This document shows, one piece after another, positions 62,268 through 64,000 of a DNA stretch of 64,000 nucleotides. The position numbers and the translations under genes were made by a program. How positions within the stretch are numbered: position 1 is the first letter of the stretch; every line of letters begins with the position of its first letter. The notes under the pieces are model-generated. The model did no database searches. It had not been told where the DNA came from and was given only the letters and a program-made list of their open reading frames with translations. The stretch spans positions 186,001-250,000 of IMG/VR virus record IMGVR_UViG_3300024999_000030; one strand, written 5' to 3'.

Positions 62268-62519
62268 ACTGTTCCAAGAAATGAATATTAAAAATAATTG
62301 GGCAACTAGATGTGGATATATACTTGAAATACCCTGGTATAAACATATATATTATTCTTTGAAAATACCCGCTACGATTGATTATGGATTTGTTTCTAAG
62401 TCTACCTGGCCCGGAAACCATAATATTGGATTTTATACAGTATATTATGATGGCTGGCATTGGACTTTTCATATTTTGAATTTTTATATTTCAGCGAGTG
62501 GATACGACTGAATTGTCTG

Positions 62520-62660
62520 TTAGCCGGTCCATTAACCAGAAGATGGCTATGGGGATCGCGTAGACAAAGAGGAGTCCGTTAAAGACAGGGGCGCCCCCGA
62601 GGTCCTCGGACCAACCGAGCGGGTTCCGAAGCGCCAGGTCCACAAGAACGATATCCCCAG
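62520..62660 (+). ncRNA. GC-rich rod-shaped candidate RNA
   Basis: TGGGGAT/ATCCCCA closing stem, internal bubble, then GGCGC/GCGCC, CCCG/CGGG, CTCGG/CCGAG. Confidence 0.5.
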
Positions 62661-63075
62661 TAATGTTTAAATTTTAGAAAGGAAAAATAAAACATGTCTG
62701 ACCGGTTTATTTATAGTTCCACAGGAGCGGTTCGATACCGCGTTTCGGACCAAGGGGGTAGTATCTTTATATACAACGCTCAAGGTCAATTGGCGTACAG
62801 ATATGATAGAGCCACTGACACCACTTATGATGAGACAGGTAAGATAGCTATGCGTGGTTCTATTTTACCAGACCTAACATGAGAGCGATGTGGTGGGGGT
62901 ATCTTCATGAAAATGGAACCATCCAAGTGAAAAGATGGTTTGGTGATAATGCGGATTATACTAAAGATTGCCAAAACAATTCCTTTGTTAAGATAGTCAT
63001 ATCTCCATTTGTGGCAGAGAGCCGAGAGAAGGCTATACAGATTGTCATTGAAAAATTAGGATTGGAGAAAAAATA

Positions 63076-64000
63076 ATGCCTAAAACAGTAACCTGTTTTG
63101 CCTGCAAAGAATGTTTAGAAAACTATACAACTTTTAGAAAGGCAGCTAACTGTGAGAAAAAACACGCCACACAAAAAATAGCCGAACAATCTATAGAACA
63201 AGCATATAAAAATAAGCTGGCTATATCGGATGAGGTTAGACTTAATTCTTCTAGCCTTTGTGAAATAGAAATTAATTTAATTAAATGGATGGAAAAACAC
63301 CATAATCTTCGTTTATCTTTTAAACAAGGAATTGAATCCCTAACTATGGGATGGATAAGTAATTCTCATAATTTCCCCATCAATGGAAAAACTAATTGGT
63401 GCGGTGGGGAGGGGGGACCTAATGGCTACATTGGTTGGAACGGAGAAATCCGGGGTACTTTAAAATCTTTAAGTGGGAAACAATTCGAAAAATATGGTAT
63501 ATATGATATTCTTAGTGATCGTTTTGGTAACAACGAGGAAGCAACACTTAGGGGAATTAATTTAGGTTCCGGGGGCGGGTACAACGAATCTTTTACTTAT
63601 AATTGTAAAATATTTGTTGATGATTTTCCCATTTTAAAAGAAAAGGCTTCTTTAGTTATTACCCAATGGAAACTTAGAAAAAATTATAACAATGAGGTCA
63701 AAAGATTAGATGAAAGCTATCAATGTGGGGTGAAGGATTTATGTAAAATTAATCCTGATCATATGATAGCTGCAAATAGATTGGACAAAGTTGTTTATGA
63801 ACAAAAATTACTAGCCGACGAAAGAGAAAAATTGATAAATAAACTCGCTAATATTAAAGAAAATATTAAGAAACAAGTTCTTGCCGAAAATGAAAATATT
63901 TTACAACCTGACCCCAATAAATTTAAATTTCAATCAAAATTATTTGATGAACTAACTTATGACCTTAATTGTAATTATAATGTGGACTCGGCGTTGTCCG
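63076..64000 (+). CDS. 3'-truncated hypothetical protein (not in ORF track)
   Basis: ATG 63076 overlaps the previous TAA; hand translation MPKTVTCFACKEC... is open to the window end. Confidence 0.7.
   Translation, partial: MPKTVTCFACKECLENYTTFRKAANCEKKHATQKIAEQSIEQAYKNKLAISDEVRLNSSSLCEIEINLIKWMEKHHNLRLSFKQGIESLTMGWISNSHNFPINGKTNWCGGEGGPNGYIGWNGEIRGTLKSLSGKQFEKYGIYDILSDRFGNNEEATLRGINLGSGGGYNESFTYNCKIFVDDFPILKEKASLVITQWKLRKNYNNEVKRLDESYQCGVKDLCKINPDHMIAANRLDKVVYEQKLLADEREKLINKLANIKENIKKQVLAENENILQPDPNKFKFQSKLFDELTYDLNCNYNVDSALS

Noticed and set aside
62565-62655. RNase P RNA or cobalamin riboswitch (GAGGAGTCCG...CAGGGGCGCC)
   Set aside because: Lacks the GAGGAAAGUCC spacing and the 3' GGCUUA P4 strand, lacks the ACUG B12 elements, and is too short.
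1-64000. Minus-strand ORFs in the track (e.g. 59765..60793, 4873..5478, 7091..7564)
   Set aside because: All are antisense shadows of well-supported + strand genes or RNAs, with no motifs or convincing SD.
1-64000. Genome-wide stop-codon reassignment (TAG or TGA)
   Set aside because: Intact enzymes end at TAG (4974) and TGA (44145), ATGA overlaps are common, and long genes have no internal stops; the two in-frame stops are isolated.
1-64000. CRISPR array, tRNA, tmRNA
   Set aside because: No regularly spaced direct repeats and no cloverleaf with a T-loop. The GGGGCGGTTTCGA at about 43139 lacks the rest of a tmRNA acceptor and T arm.

Overview
AT-rich, gene-dense window in which essentially all credible genes lie on the + strand with GGAG Shine-Dalgarno sites. 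It is dominated by small hypothetical ORFs and has no recognisable core replication, structural or housekeeping operons. This most likely is the accessory/host-takeover arm of a large (jumbo/huge) bacteriophage; the OmpA domain suggests a diderm host (inference). Recognisable genes: two metallophosphoesterases, two nucleotidyltransferases, a Tyr/dual-specificity phosphatase, a protein-kinase-like protein, GNAT, P-loop kinase, ankyrin protein, an ABC importer operon with a substrate-binding/OmpA fusion, a PRPS-like + NAMPT-like pair (NARP1-type NAD+ reconstitution), PRTase, HAD nucleotidase, nicotinamidase-like hydrolase, ClpP, a soluble lytic transglycosylase, an AAA+ ATPase and a MoxR-like AAA + VWA/metallopeptidase pair. 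The most striking unexplained features are: (1) a ~236-nt RNA that reproduces the 23S rRNA L11-binding/GTPase-associated centre with compensatory base changes and a 162-nt insert, in a window that also encodes a bL12-C-terminal-domain-like protein; (2) about 25 diverged paralogues of a small four-Cys protein; (3) a twister ribozyme plus several large structured intergenic RNAs; (4) three genes sharing a C-terminal module that has its own in-frame SD+ATG; (5) six genes broken by frameshifts or in-frame stops, three of them at homopolymer runs. No tRNA or CRISPR array was seen. All calls are from reading the sequence and remembered family motifs; no searches or folding programs were run.
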